Source of the DNA: a virus
Length of the DNA stretch: 64,000 nucleotides
IMG/VR virus record: IMGVR_UViG_3300037847_006528
Location: 1 to 64,000 of that record
Strand: one strand, 5' to 3'
Part shown: positions 1 through 9,053 of the stretch, one piece after another
How the letters are laid out: every line of letters begins with the position of its first letter
How positions within the stretch are numbered: the first letter of the stretch is position 1
Made by a program: the position numbers and the translations under genes
Notes under the pieces: model-generated
What the model was told of the DNA's origin: nothing
The model's input: the letters and a program-made list of their open reading frames with translations, nothing else
Database searches by the model: none

Positions 1-1788
1 TACAGCAGAAATTGTTACCTCCGCTGGTGAGGATGGATTAGCCTTAAGAGTATGAAACTGCTCATGATTATTTGAGGTATTACAACCTTTATATGGTTGG
101 TATCCCTCTGAATTACAGTTCTCTAACTGTGTTCGTATTGTAGTTTTGCAATCATCTGTAGGAGAGGTGCTTCCTAGACCACATCCAAAAGATAAGGATC
201 TAAACTCGTCTACATTATTTGCCGTGCTTTTAAAAGCTTGCCAAAAAACATTAGATCCATCCGCACTAGAGTCACAATTTGCTGAAATTGTTCCTGATAT
301 TGTCGTTACGCAACCGTCAGCACTTGAATTAAAGGTAATGCCGTCACCTGCTTTTAGACCTCTAAATTTAGCTGGTTTCTTAGTGTCAGCCACATAAGCC
401 CACCAATCAGCAGCGCCATCTGATAAATCTCCACAATTACCATAAGAGCTTTCTCCTGCTGCTCCTGTTTCAACATCAATTGTTGTTACACAACCATCAG
501 CAGTTGTATTAAAATGAACTCCAGAACCCGCTTTTAGACCTCTAAATTTAGCTGGTCTTTTGGTGTTTGCTACATAAGCCCACCAATCAGCCGCACCGTC
601 TGACAAATCTCCACAATTACCATAAGAGCTTTCAATTCCTCCCGTATCAATACTTATTTTAGTGACGCAATAATCTGCATCAGAGCCAGCAGCGCCAGCA
701 GATGTTAGTTGATCAAAAAATACACCAGTTCCAGCTTTTAGACCCCTAAACTTAGCTGGTCGCACACTATCTTCTACATAAGCCCAATGATCAGCAAGAG
801 TTAAAGTCCCACAATTCTGATCCTCTGATTTGATCTCGATTGTGCTTTGGCCTTCTGCCCAAGTAATTTCTACGTTTTCTTCACCAGTAAGAGTTCTAAA
901 CTCAGAAGGCATTAAGGTATACTCATTATAAACTTGAGCGCCACCGCCTATGTTTTCTCCTGACCATTGTCCACTAGTAGACTCTCCTGACCCTGATGAT
1001 TCGACCGCGATGATGATCATCTTGTCGTCTTCAGAGTAAGATATTTTCACATCGCCGCTACCAGATAAGTATCTAACTCTTACAGGTTCATCTTCATTTT
1101 GATGACCACTTTCTTGTAAAATTTCAGCGCAGTTTGGACCCAAGCTGCCACCCTCTCCTGATCTCCCGTATTGGAGGAACTGCCTATCTGATAAAATAAT
1201 ATCACTACGCTGATATAATTCAGCTAACTGGCCATCAATTAATCTACAAATAGGATAATATCCTGTAAAACTAAATCCTGAAACTCCACTGCCTTCTTTA
1301 GCCCCCGCTAAATCAAGGCCATTATCTTCTTCTATTCTTTCGAATAAAATATGCGGGAAGTTTGTATCAATCTTTTGTAATGTTTCTTTATCTTCTATGA
1401 TATCATAACCTGTATATATAGCTGATTGAATTAAAAAGTTATATTTATTTATTACAACCTCAACATAATATTGTCTTTCATGTTCTTTGGGAAGCTCCTC
1501 CTTGTTGCCAAGCCCCATTTGTTGTATCTTCCGTATCAGAGGCTCTTGAAGCTGCGATTCAGAAATTCTATTATAGATATATGCTTGGTTCCAAGAGACA
1601 TCATACCCCTTAATGGCACCCATAGGGTCGTCTTCCTCGTCATTAAACCTTACCTCTATATTAGGGACAAATGGCGCAGATTCCTCTACTGAAAATCCCT
1701 CTCCAGCAGACCCCTTCCACTGCATGTCTGCATTCGCGACCTCTTCGTCTTCCCAAGCGTCTCTCCGTGATGCTGGTTCTTCAGACAT
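1..1788 (-). CDS. Tail-fibre/virion appendage-like protein with Cys-containing ~60-aa repeats (runs off the window edge; missing from the ORF track)
   Basis: Hand translation gives an open frame from ATG at 1788 (TAATG overlap with the upstream stop) to base 1, starting MSEEPASRRDAWEDEE. The C-terminal part repeats NCG...WAYV..T.RPAKFRGLKAG.G.....DGCVTTI. Confidence 0.8.
   Translation of the reverse strand, partial: MSEEPASRRDAWEDEEVANADMQWKGSAGEGFSVEESAPFVPNIEVRFNDEEDDPMGAIKGYDVSWNQAYIYNRISESQLQEPLIRKIQQMGLGNKEELPKEHERQYYVEVVINKYNFLIQSAIYTGYDIIEDKETLQKIDTNFPHILFERIEEDNGLDLAGAKEGSGVSGFSFTGYYPICRLIDGQLAELYQRSDIILSDRQFLQYGRSGEGGSLGPNCAEILQESGHQNEDEPVRVRYLSGSGDVKISYSEDDKMIIIAVESSGSGESTSGQWSGENIGGGAQVYNEYTLMPSEFRTLTGEENVEITWAEGQSTIEIKSEDQNCGTLTLADHWAYVEDSVRPAKFRGLKAGTGVFFDQLTSAGAAGSDADYCVTKISIDTGGIESSYGNCGDLSDGAADWWAYVANTKRPAKFRGLKAGSGVHFNTTADGCVTTIDVETGAAGESSYGNCGDLSDGAADWWAYVADTKKPAKFRGLKAGDGITFNSSADGCVTTISGTISANCDSSADGSNVFWQAFKSTANNVDEFRSLSFGCGLGSTSPTDDCKTTIRTQLENCNSEGYQPYKGCNTSNNHEQFHTLKANPSSPAEVTISAV
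270..810 (-). repeat. Coding tandem repeat, ~180-bp unit, about 3 copies plus degenerate flanking copies
   Basis: Near-identical blocks such as gcttttagacctctaaatttagctggt at about 349, 529 and 734, and aatctccacaattaccataagagcttt at about 426 and 606. Confidence 0.85.
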
Positions 1789-2132
1789 TATGCTTCATCT
1801 TTCACAAGTGTAGATGAAGTTTTTTCTAGATTGCCATTGTCTATCTGACACACTGAGCCATCCTCATCAAAATAAAATAAACGATCAAACCAGTTAAACC
1901 TAAGATAGTTTAATGGTTTAATTTCTTTCTCTATTTCGTCTCCATGAAGAGTTGAATGGAAGTATTTGATACCTCCTCGTTTTAGAGAACCATCAGGCCA
2001 CAGATATTGTTTTTCAGCAAAGTAACAATCTTTTAACGTGCTATTACGCCAAACTTCAATATATGCAAAATCATTATCAAAGTCGTGCCGCTTTGTTTCT
2101 AGTCTTATTACCTTTTTTACGATGGTTTTCAC
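1788..2132 (-). CDS. hypothetical protein
   Basis: 114-aa ORF coupled to the downstream gene by TAATG; GTGTA motif upstream. Confidence 0.6.
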   Translation of the reverse strand: MKTIVKKVIRLETKRHDFDNDFAYIEVWRNSTLKDCYFAEKQYLWPDGSLKRGGIKYFHSTLHGDEIEKEIKPLNYLRFNWFDRLFYFDEDGSVCQIDNGNLEKTSSTLVKDEA

Positions 2133-2247
2133 TTTAATAATGATATAAAATACTTACACTTATTTCAAATATTTGTGACTTGATAGGTTTAAGTGACAAA
2201 ACTGAAACAAAACTATTCCCGCCTGTATTTTATTACACTAATTAAAA

Positions 2248-3357
2248 TTAATTTTTATTAAATGAAGGGGGGTTATGCCATTCAGCTATAACTCTGGCTA
2301 CCCCCCATTTTAGGGCTAATATTCTAGCAAAATCATAAGTGAATAAATCTGTATAAGGGGGAGTTCTTTGATTGATAGTAAACCAACCCGACCAAGGTTC
2401 ATATACTTCAGTTGTATATTGCACTTTTTGATTAACAAACCACCCAGCGTTAAAGTATGGTTGCCCATCACCCTGCCAAATTTCTATATATGGAAATATT
2501 TGCACTTTAGGTGGGGCATTTAGCAACCTAGTCGCTGTTTTTTTCTGAGCTAACCCAGCAGGAGGTAATATAACAACCTTACCGTGACGTTTTTTTTGTA
2601 TAGCTAGAGATGATGGGATGTAATCATATCCAGCATCTTCCCCATCGCTTCCTATTTTTCTCCACGCATCTGGCATAAATGGGAAATCACGAATATCTGA
2701 ATAATAATATTGGTCGTATTCTCCAGTTTGCTCTCTATAAATCCAGATGATGTCTCCATTTCTTCCTTTTTGAAAACCTCTTGAATTCTGTATCCCTGAC
2801 TCATTTAAAGTAATAGGCACAGGGTAACCTCTATTCAAAGAATTAAAACCTTCTATTAAGTTATAAACCATAGCTCCGCGTTTTACAAACCCGCCAAATC
2901 CTATTACCCAATCTACATCTTTTTTTGATTGTATCCAGAAACCATTGTTTTCTGGAATATAGTAATCTCCATAGTCAGCATCACCCCACCCTACAGCCTT
3001 CCAGCCTATTGATATGTTTTCAGGCTCGTCTCTTAAATCTTGATCATTGTAGTAAACTTGGGTCCAGTAAGACCCATCTTTAATCCAAATAATATCTGCA
3101 TCTCGCCAATATGGAGCAGATTTGAGACCTATCTCGTTATTGATCCCGAATGTTTCATTGATACTTTGATAGAGTCTGCCATCAGGGTTTCTGGTAACAT
3201 TAAAAGCAACTGGAGTAAAGCCATTAGCCTTGATGGTTTCTACATGAAAACCAACATAATCAGAAACAGAATAAGTCTGCTGCACCTGAGAGGTGCATAC
3301 AGAAGAAAATAATACAGGTAATATTAAAAACTTGAGATATGTCAGTGATTTGATCAC
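2248..3357 (-). CDS. Secreted protein resembling the verrucomicrobial TIGR02597 family
   Basis: N-terminal signal peptide; motifs SDYVGFHVETIKANGFTPVAF, GFNSLNRGYPVPITL..SG and D.IWI.....Y.QYYYS...W..G..DAG, the last occurring twice. Confidence 0.55.
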   Translation of the reverse strand: MIKSLTYLKFLILPVLFSSVCTSQVQQTYSVSDYVGFHVETIKANGFTPVAFNVTRNPDGRLYQSINETFGINNEIGLKSAPYWRDADIIWIKDGSYWTQVYYNDQDLRDEPENISIGWKAVGWGDADYGDYYIPENNGFWIQSKKDVDWVIGFGGFVKRGAMVYNLIEGFNSLNRGYPVPITLNESGIQNSRGFQKGRNGDIIWIYREQTGEYDQYYYSDIRDFPFMPDAWRKIGSDGEDAGYDYIPSSLAIQKKRHGKVVILPPAGLAQKKTATRLLNAPPKVQIFPYIEIWQGDGQPYFNAGWFVNQKVQYTTEVYEPWSGWFTINQRTPPYTDLFTYDFARILALKWGVARVIAEWHNPPSFNKN

Positions 3358-3440
3358 CTCATTATCCCCTTATTTGACTGATTACACGCATTTTTAATTA
3401 TTTTTAATTATCTACAGACCGTAGATTATTAACAAGATCC

Positions 3441-5057
3441 TCATCCACCCTTAGGTTTAGGCTTGGGTTTAGGCTCTGGTTCTGGCTCTGGCTCTGTTTC
3501 TGAGCCTTTGGCTCTTTGAACTTGATCTTCAGTAGGAGCGCCCTTTTCACCTTTTTTCCTCATTTTTTCCCCAGAACCCCTCTTGATTCTCTCTCTTTTC
3601 TTTCTGATGTTCTCCCAGAGACTGCTATCAGATTTCTCTTTTTCTTTTAGAATCTCCTTGTGACGCTTCATAAAAGCTTCATGGTTGGGTCCAGCCATGT
3701 AAAGAGTCTTGCCATCCTCGGTTTTATGAGTATGAACTCCTTTCAAACCCATCTTTTCAGCATCTTTCATAGCTTTCTCTTTGCTGTCAAAGTAGTGGTC
3801 CTTTTCATCTGGAGATCCATAGGAATATTTTTTCTTTTTATCTCCGTAAGCAGCTTCGCTTTTTTGGCCTTTTTGCTTCTTTAATATTTCTTTTTGTAGC
3901 CAAGTGGGAAGTTTCTTTTGCTTTTCTGTAAGGCCAGCTTCATTTTCTTCCATTAGAGTGGCTCTGTCTTTTTTATATTGAACAGCACAAGCAGACATTG
4001 TTTGATCCATATCCATATCTTTAGTGTTTGTCATTTCCGCATCATTTCTCATGCAGTGACTCATATAAGATTTGAACATAGGCTTTTCTGTATCGTCCAT
4101 ATCCATGCCGTATACTTTGTTCTTCTTGTATGCGGCTTTAGCAATATCTTGATCTGCTTTTCTGTATGATTCTTTTACCTTGCCCCCTCTCATCATCTTA
4201 AGGAAGGTATTTACTCTAGCCATAGCCCAGCCATGACGAGACATATTAGGACGGTGAGATGTGCTGAAAGCGCCAGCACCCCTTCTGTATACCCTCTTAA
4301 GTTGACCTAGAGTCACTTTCTTTGAGTATTTGGCGTTATGGGCTTTTACTTTTTCTTTTAAAGTATTCGTGGTTTTCTCACTGAATGTGATCTTTCCTCC
4401 ACCCTTTTTCGCACTTCCCTTTGGATTTCTTTTAGAACCCTTTTTTCTTTCACTCGGCTCTGCTGGTGTTTGTGCGCCACTCTTTGGTCCTCTCCTTTTT
4501 GCAGCTTCAGAAACTTCAGCTAAAGCTGGGCAGTCCCTAAGCAACTCTTCATGGTCAAAAAAAGTTTCGCCATCCCACTCATACTCCTCAGACCCTTTCG
4601 TCACATTTGTGACGCTTTTCTTGCTCCACATTTTACAAGACCAGTAGCGAGCTTTTGTTTTTGGCCCTGCATTATCGCAGTTATGACGGCTTCTGAAAGC
4701 CTTTCTTCTCTTCGGGTCATCCCTTTTAATCTCCATGTTGGGATCTCCAAAGTTCACCTTAACGATGTTTCCTTTTTCGTTTTTTACATAAACAGAGAAC
4801 TTTTTCGGGCCTTTTGGAGTTCTGAAAGGCTTGTTTAAGGTTTTGTTCTCGTTAGCTGCTTCTGTAAAGAAAAGAGATGTATCGTCTCCATCTTCAAAAA
4901 CAACAGATGCTTTAGACTCAGCATCTTTAAAAATGTTCATACAAACAGCCACTCGCTGCTTGTTATCATTGAATTCACCTTTTTCAGTTAAATCAGAAAC
5001 ACAGCGACCCATGAAATCGCCACGTTTTTCATTGTTTTTTGGAGTTGGTAATGGCAT
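3441..5057 (-). CDS. Lys/Arg-rich modular protein (DUF6321-like, DUF5824-like and other small phage modules), probable internal virion polyprotein
   Basis: Start revised to MPLPTPK (ATG 5057, 9 nt after GTGTA). Modules KVNFGDPNM...RHNC...ARYWSC, VYRRGAGAFSTSHRP..GWAMARVN and LWENIRKKRERIKRGSGEKMRK; EP/KP repeat tail. Confidence 0.7.
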   Translation of the reverse strand: MPLPTPKNNEKRGDFMGRCVSDLTEKGEFNDNKQRVAVCMNIFKDAESKASVVFEDGDDTSLFFTEAANENKTLNKPFRTPKGPKKFSVYVKNEKGNIVKVNFGDPNMEIKRDDPKRRKAFRSRHNCDNAGPKTKARYWSCKMWSKKSVTNVTKGSEEYEWDGETFFDHEELLRDCPALAEVSEAAKRRGPKSGAQTPAEPSERKKGSKRNPKGSAKKGGGKITFSEKTTNTLKEKVKAHNAKYSKKVTLGQLKRVYRRGAGAFSTSHRPNMSRHGWAMARVNTFLKMMRGGKVKESYRKADQDIAKAAYKKNKVYGMDMDDTEKPMFKSYMSHCMRNDAEMTNTKDMDMDQTMSACAVQYKKDRATLMEENEAGLTEKQKKLPTWLQKEILKKQKGQKSEAAYGDKKKKYSYGSPDEKDHYFDSKEKAMKDAEKMGLKGVHTHKTEDGKTLYMAGPNHEAFMKRHKEILKEKEKSDSSLWENIRKKRERIKRGSGEKMRKKGEKGAPTEDQVQRAKGSETEPEPEPEPKPKPKPKGG

Positions 5058-5070
5058 AATTATTTTTACA

Positions 5071-5604
5071 CTACAAAAGTTCCATAGGGGAACGGTATTC
5101 TTCATATGGTAAGAACCAATGTTCACAAGTATTTAGTATATCATATAGTAAAACAGTGGTCATTAAGTCCTCTCTACCCTTCCTCGTATATCCTTTATAC
5201 AGGGAATCTTTGAAATTTGAGACCTTTTTAGTCCAGTCACAAGTATGAGCGAGGTCAAATAAATCGTCATTTTTAACACATAAGAAGAAAGCCCCATAAT
5301 CAAACGCGATCCAAGCTGGTTTTTGTTCGCCGTTACACCAACCCATCTTCCCTTGCACATTCTTTATCTCTAAGACTACCTTACCTTCCTTTTGTGTTTG
5401 TTTTAGCCCTTTTACGTCAAATCCGACCCCATCAACTACAAAATCAGTATGATTTTTTATATCGTTATGCTGACTTGTTTTCTTAATTTCTTTACCTGCT
5501 GCTCTACAAGAGTCGTAGAATCTTTGTTGACCTTCATGGCCAGTATTTATTGATTTTTTAATATGCCCAGCAGATGACATATTTTTAGCTTTGTCTGATA
5601 TCAT
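5071..5604 (-). CDS. PD-(D/E)XK-superfamily nuclease-like protein
   Basis: HTDFVVDGVGFDVKG motif (D...D-x-K) followed by E.KNVQG..GW. Confidence 0.55.
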   Translation of the reverse strand: MISDKAKNMSSAGHIKKSINTGHEGQQRFYDSCRAAGKEIKKTSQHNDIKNHTDFVVDGVGFDVKGLKQTQKEGKVVLEIKNVQGKMGWCNGEQKPAWIAFDYGAFFLCVKNDDLFDLAHTCDWTKKVSNFKDSLYKGYTRKGREDLMTTVLLYDILNTCEHWFLPYEEYRSPMELL

Positions 5605-5942
5605 AAAGTCATTGATTTTGTTTCGCCTGTCCTCACATCTGTCATGAAAAAATCCCTTACATTAAATGCCTTGTCGTCTATCCAGTAATCATATGGTGGT
5701 TTACCCATTCTTAACTCCGTCCTTTTCACCCCCCATTGGTCTAGTTGTTTTTTAGTCAACTCGCTATGATCTACTCCACTGTTACCTCCTCTAGCAGTCC
5801 AATAAATTATGGTATGTCCAGCATCATATAATTGATTAAAGAAATCTATTCTTTCTTTTATTGGTTTCGCTCTACTATACGGAGTTGTGCGGCTATCATG
5901 TCGGCAAATAGTGCCGTCAATATCTACAATGTAAGTTTTCAT
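5601..5942 (-). CDS. HAD-superfamily phosphatase (capsule-biosynthesis phosphatase type; candidate GmhB-equivalent)
   Basis: HAD motifs DIDGT, WTARG and GKP.YD..IDDKA; coupled to the heptose nucleotidyltransferase gene. Confidence 0.8.
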   Translation of the reverse strand: MKTYIVDIDGTICRHDSRTTPYSRAKPIKERIDFFNQLYDAGHTIIYWTARGGNSGVDHSELTKKQLDQWGVKRTELRMGKPPYDYWIDDKAFNVRDFFMTDVRTGETKSMTL

Positions 5943-6433
5943 TTTATTTTTTTAATAATATTTGAAGTGCTAGCGCCCTCTAAAAGAGGCACTATTCTTA
6001 CGGCACTGTTTCCTTTGGCTTTTAGTTCTCTTTTATTTAAGTCCTCTAATTTATAATCTCCTCCTTTAAACCAGAAGTCAGGTTCCAGTTCTTTTAATTG
6101 TTTTGATACTGTTTTCGTATCATAAATAAAAACATAATCAACAGCTTCATGACAAGCTACGGTATATGCCCTCTGAGCAGCGGGGATTATTGGGCGACTA
6201 TCTCCTTTTAGAGATTTTACGCTTTTATCGCTATTCACTCCCACAATTAGTCTTGAATTGTTACTGGAAGATTCTTTTATAGTGTTTAGTAAATAAGCGT
6301 GTCCTGTATGGAATAAATCAAAACATCCGTTTGTGAAAGCTACAAATTTTTTAATACCGCATAACTCCATCTGACGAAATTGTTCTCTTTCTTTCAAGAT
6401 GTCCTCAAAAGTAAATATTTTTTTATGCTTCAT
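5939..6433 (-). CDS. hldC: D-glycero-beta-D-manno-heptose 1-phosphate nucleotidyltransferase (RfaE domain II / HldC type)
   Basis: FTNGCFDLFHTGH, GVNSDKSVKSLKG.SRPI, KGGDY and STSNII motifs; start revised to MKHKK (ATGA overlap). Confidence 0.85.
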   Translation of the reverse strand: MKHKKIFTFEDILKEREQFRQMELCGIKKFVAFTNGCFDLFHTGHAYLLNTIKESSSNNSRLIVGVNSDKSVKSLKGDSRPIIPAAQRAYTVACHEAVDYVFIYDTKTVSKQLKELEPDFWFKGGDYKLEDLNKRELKAKGNSAVRIVPLLEGASTSNIIKKIK

Positions 6434-7176
6434 ACTGTAGATACCCCCTTCTTCCTTATTACTTTTTGGCAACAATCTTGTGCGAAAATAATAGCTGTTT
6501 TTATGTTTTGTGTAGATGTGAACCCGTAAGAAAAAGCTGCCAAAAAAGTATCTCCAGCACCAGAAACATCTCTTATCTCTGATGGGTTTTTTAATTTAAA
6601 ATCCTCATCTTTATAAGTGCAGCCTCTTTCTGCTTTTGTCACAATTACATTTTCCGCTCTATGTTTCCATCCGTTCTCTAAATACTCTTTTTCGTTAATT
6701 TTTACAAACGTAAAATAATCTGCCCAATCAATATTAAATTGTTTTTTAGTATCCAAGAAAGATAGCTTGGCTCTCCTAGCTATTTCCACAAGGTCCAAAT
6801 CTTTTAAGAATCCTTTATTGTAATCTGAAACCACAACAGCATTATATTCTTCTATGTTTTCTGGAAGTTCACCACAATGAGTATAGCTATCTGTATCTAC
6901 TCTTAGGAACATTTGGTTTGATGTTGAGTCAATATACCTTGTTTTGTGACCATTTGCCTCGTTTGTAAATAAATCAATAGTATTTTCAAAAGGCATATCT
7001 TTTGTAGTTTCTTTTTCTATGGCTACAAGGTTATTATAAACATTTGTTGCCATTCCTAGATTATTTATACCCTCGCTAGGTATAAACACAGGGGCGGGAG
7101 CTTCGGGGCATAAACGATCAGCTTTGCCGTAGCAAAACCTATCACTACAAGTTTCTCCTATTACTAGAAACTTCAT
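6430..7176 (-). CDS. hldA: Heptose-7-phosphate kinase, PfkB family (RfaE domain I / HldA type)
   Basis: RLCPEAPAPV, SDYNKGFL and DVSGAGDTF motifs. Confidence 0.85.
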   Translation of the reverse strand: MKFLVIGETCSDRFCYGKADRLCPEAPAPVFIPSEGINNLGMATNVYNNLVAIEKETTKDMPFENTIDLFTNEANGHKTRYIDSTSNQMFLRVDTDSYTHCGELPENIEEYNAVVVSDYNKGFLKDLDLVEIARRAKLSFLDTKKQFNIDWADYFTFVKINEKEYLENGWKHRAENVIVTKAERGCTYKDEDFKLKNPSEIRDVSGAGDTFLAAFSYGFTSTQNIKTAIIFAQDCCQKVIRKKGVSTV

Positions 7177-7544
7177 TGTGAGGAACCCTTTTCTACTCTA
7201 TAAGAATCTTCGTTGAAATGTTGAGTGCTGACCTCAAAAACATGAGCATCCTCTAAAGCGGTTAACTTATGGGGTATACAGGGCTTCAAGTGAACCACAT
7301 CACCCTCCACTAATTCTTTCTCTAGCCTTTCAGCTTTCTCAAGATCAAAATATTCTAGCTTTAGTTTGCCCTGAGTAACACACCAAGTTTCTTCTTTTCT
7401 TATGTGGTAATGCATAGAAAAGGCTGAACCCTTCTTGAATCTCAATATTTTACCACAATATTTTTCATTGTTGGTAATCCACAATTCATCACCCCAACCC
7501 TTAGGGTGTGGTTCTAAGCGACTAAAAGAAGGCTGTATACTCAT
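7173..7544 (-). CDS. Cupin protein (mannose-6-phosphate isomerase-like)
   Basis: KGWG.E.W, SMHYH..K.ETW and H.L.A....VFEVST cupin motifs. Confidence 0.8.
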   Translation of the reverse strand: MSIQPSFSRLEPHPKGWGDELWITNNEKYCGKILRFKKGSAFSMHYHIRKEETWCVTQGKLKLEYFDLEKAERLEKELVEGDVVHLKPCIPHKLTALEDAHVFEVSTQHFNEDSYRVEKGSSQ

Positions 7545-7551
7545 TCAGAGT

Positions 7552-7579
7552 ATTATAGCTTTCTTTATGTAATATTCAA
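7552..7579 (-). promoter_or_regulatory. sigma70-type promoter, probably leaderless
   Basis: TTGAAT-N16-TATAAT, 7 nt before ATG 7544. Confidence 0.6.
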
Positions 7580-7584
7580 GGAAA

Positions 7585-7773
7585 TTATTCCCCTTTATCT
7601 TTACTCTTACCGATATTTAAAGCAGCCCAATCAATAAGTGCATAGATTTTAGCCCAAAAAGTTCCCTTTTTAGGAGTAGGGGTTGCTGCGGTAATAGCAG
7701 AGGCGAGAGCAACAGCAGAAGCTACTACACCCCACCAAGGATTGTCCTGAATCAATTGAATAATTGTGTCCAT
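7585..7773 (-). CDS. Small membrane protein (holin-like)
   Basis: 62 aa; hydrophobic helix, TPTPK turn, second amphipathic helix and basic tail. Confidence 0.55.
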   Translation of the reverse strand: MDTIIQLIQDNPWWGVVASAVALASAITAATPTPKKGTFWAKIYALIDWAALNIGKSKDKGE

Positions 7774-7825
7774 AGTAAATTATATGCCTTTTCCATATAT
7801 TACACTACTCAAATTTTGAGGGGAA

Positions 7826-8716
7826 TTATATTCTAGTATACGAATAAGTCCTTCCCATATCGTATTTTAAAGTATTAAAATACTGCCAACCAAAATCCAC
7901 CCATGTGTTAAACTCACTAAACCCACTGCTTAATGGGTCAAAACTAGCAGACTGGAAACAAGGTGGTTCATTTGATTCTTTCATTATTATTTTCTTAGAT
8001 ATATGAGGATAGCAATTAGCTATATGGATAGGGCCGCTATTTATTCCGATAAAAATCGAACTTTCTGATATAGTTTTTACTGTATCCCAAATTTTTAAGC
8101 CCCTCTTATCTATAAAAGGAGACGGGTTGTCTGTTTTTGCACCCACTTGTATTATGTTGTAATTAGCATACCTTTTAGCTATAGTTTGCAATACTTCGTC
8201 AGGTATGAATTGTAATTTACAATTATTACTTGGACCAACGTGTATTGTTATTTGGTCTGGCTTAACATTAAGAGGATCTTCGTGTTTATATAAACGTGGA
8301 CCTCTTGGTAGACATAGTTGAGGTCTTGTCCAATCTTGTATACCTAGTGTTTTATAAAACCATCGAGACCTACTATAACACCCCAATTGATTTGGAGGAT
8401 GCCATAAATTAATTATTTTAGTTTTTTGGCGGGGTGTCGGCACCTCAACTGGCTCAACCCAATCGTGAGGTTTACAATACACAGCGGGATAACCGTCAAT
8501 ATCTTTATTAGTTTCAGCCTCTTTAAAGCGCAAGATACCTATGTCATTTTTGTGAAAAAGTCTGCGAACGTATGGATTTCTATCAAAAACCCAACATCTA
8601 TGAACATCTATTAACTTTATTCCATACCATTTATAAAACGCTTCGGGTATACAAGAGTATTGAACCTTATCGCCAATTCCTACTGCTCCTCTTAAATCTA
8701 TACCTATGTTTTTCAT
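7826..8716 (-). CDS. GT9-like (heptosyltransferase-like) glycosyltransferase
   Basis: GIGD near the N-terminus, NPYV, IIQVG and FIGINSGPIHIA motifs. Confidence 0.7.
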   Translation of the reverse strand: MKNIGIDLRGAVGIGDKVQYSCIPEAFYKWYGIKLIDVHRCWVFDRNPYVRRLFHKNDIGILRFKEAETNKDIDGYPAVYCKPHDWVEPVEVPTPRQKTKIINLWHPPNQLGCYSRSRWFYKTLGIQDWTRPQLCLPRGPRLYKHEDPLNVKPDQITIHVGPSNNCKLQFIPDEVLQTIAKRYANYNIIQVGAKTDNPSPFIDKRGLKIWDTVKTISESSIFIGINSGPIHIANCYPHISKKIIMKESNEPPCFQSASFDPLSSGFSEFNTWVDFGWQYFNTLKYDMGRTYSYTRI

Positions 8717-9009
8717 TAAGACAGGTCTAAAGAATCGGGAGCGATTTCCTCTAGCTCTTCACACAACCTATCTATCTCATCAGGCATCATGTGCCTAGCG
8801 TTGTTTCTGAGTTTTGTTACTTCCCACTCAAACTTGCAGAATTTATCATCCTGAGTTATATTTTTCTTTTCTTTGCTATCATAAATAAATGTATCAAAAA
8901 CCTCGTATCTTAAAGGGTCGATGCATTTTTCGATAGGATCAAATGTAGAACGCTTAGTGACATAATCAAAGATGTCATACCTGCTTACTTTAATTTTGAC
9001 TTTTTGCAT
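8716..9009 (-). CDS. hypothetical protein
   Basis: 97-aa ORF overlapping the next start codon. Confidence 0.6.
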   Translation of the reverse strand: MQKVKIKVSRYDIFDYVTKRSTFDPIEKCIDPLRYEVFDTFIYDSKEKKNITQDDKFCKFEWEVTKLRNNARHMMPDEIDRLCEELEEIAPDSLDLS

Positions 9010-9012
9010 TAG

Positions 9013-9042
9013 AGTCTAATATACCAGATTATATATTAGACT
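9013..9042. repeat. Perfect 11-bp inverted repeat (operator or hairpin)
   Basis: AGTCTAATATA-ccagatta-TATATTAGACT between the endolysin stop and the next ATG. Confidence 0.7.
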
Positions 9043-9053
9043 ATACTAAAAAT

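Noticed and set aside
270-810. 180-bp repeats as a CRISPR array or DGR template/variable pair
   Set aside because: They are in-frame coding repeats with mostly synonymous differences, no spacers, no adenine-specific pattern and no reverse transcriptase in the window.
2161-2232. Possible small RNA between two GTGTA motifs (ACAAAACT twice)
   Set aside because: No convincing stem or ORF; too little evidence.
3405-3432. Hairpin ATCTAC-agacc-GTAGAT as a terminator
   Set aside because: Weak stem and no U-tract on the coding (minus) strand.
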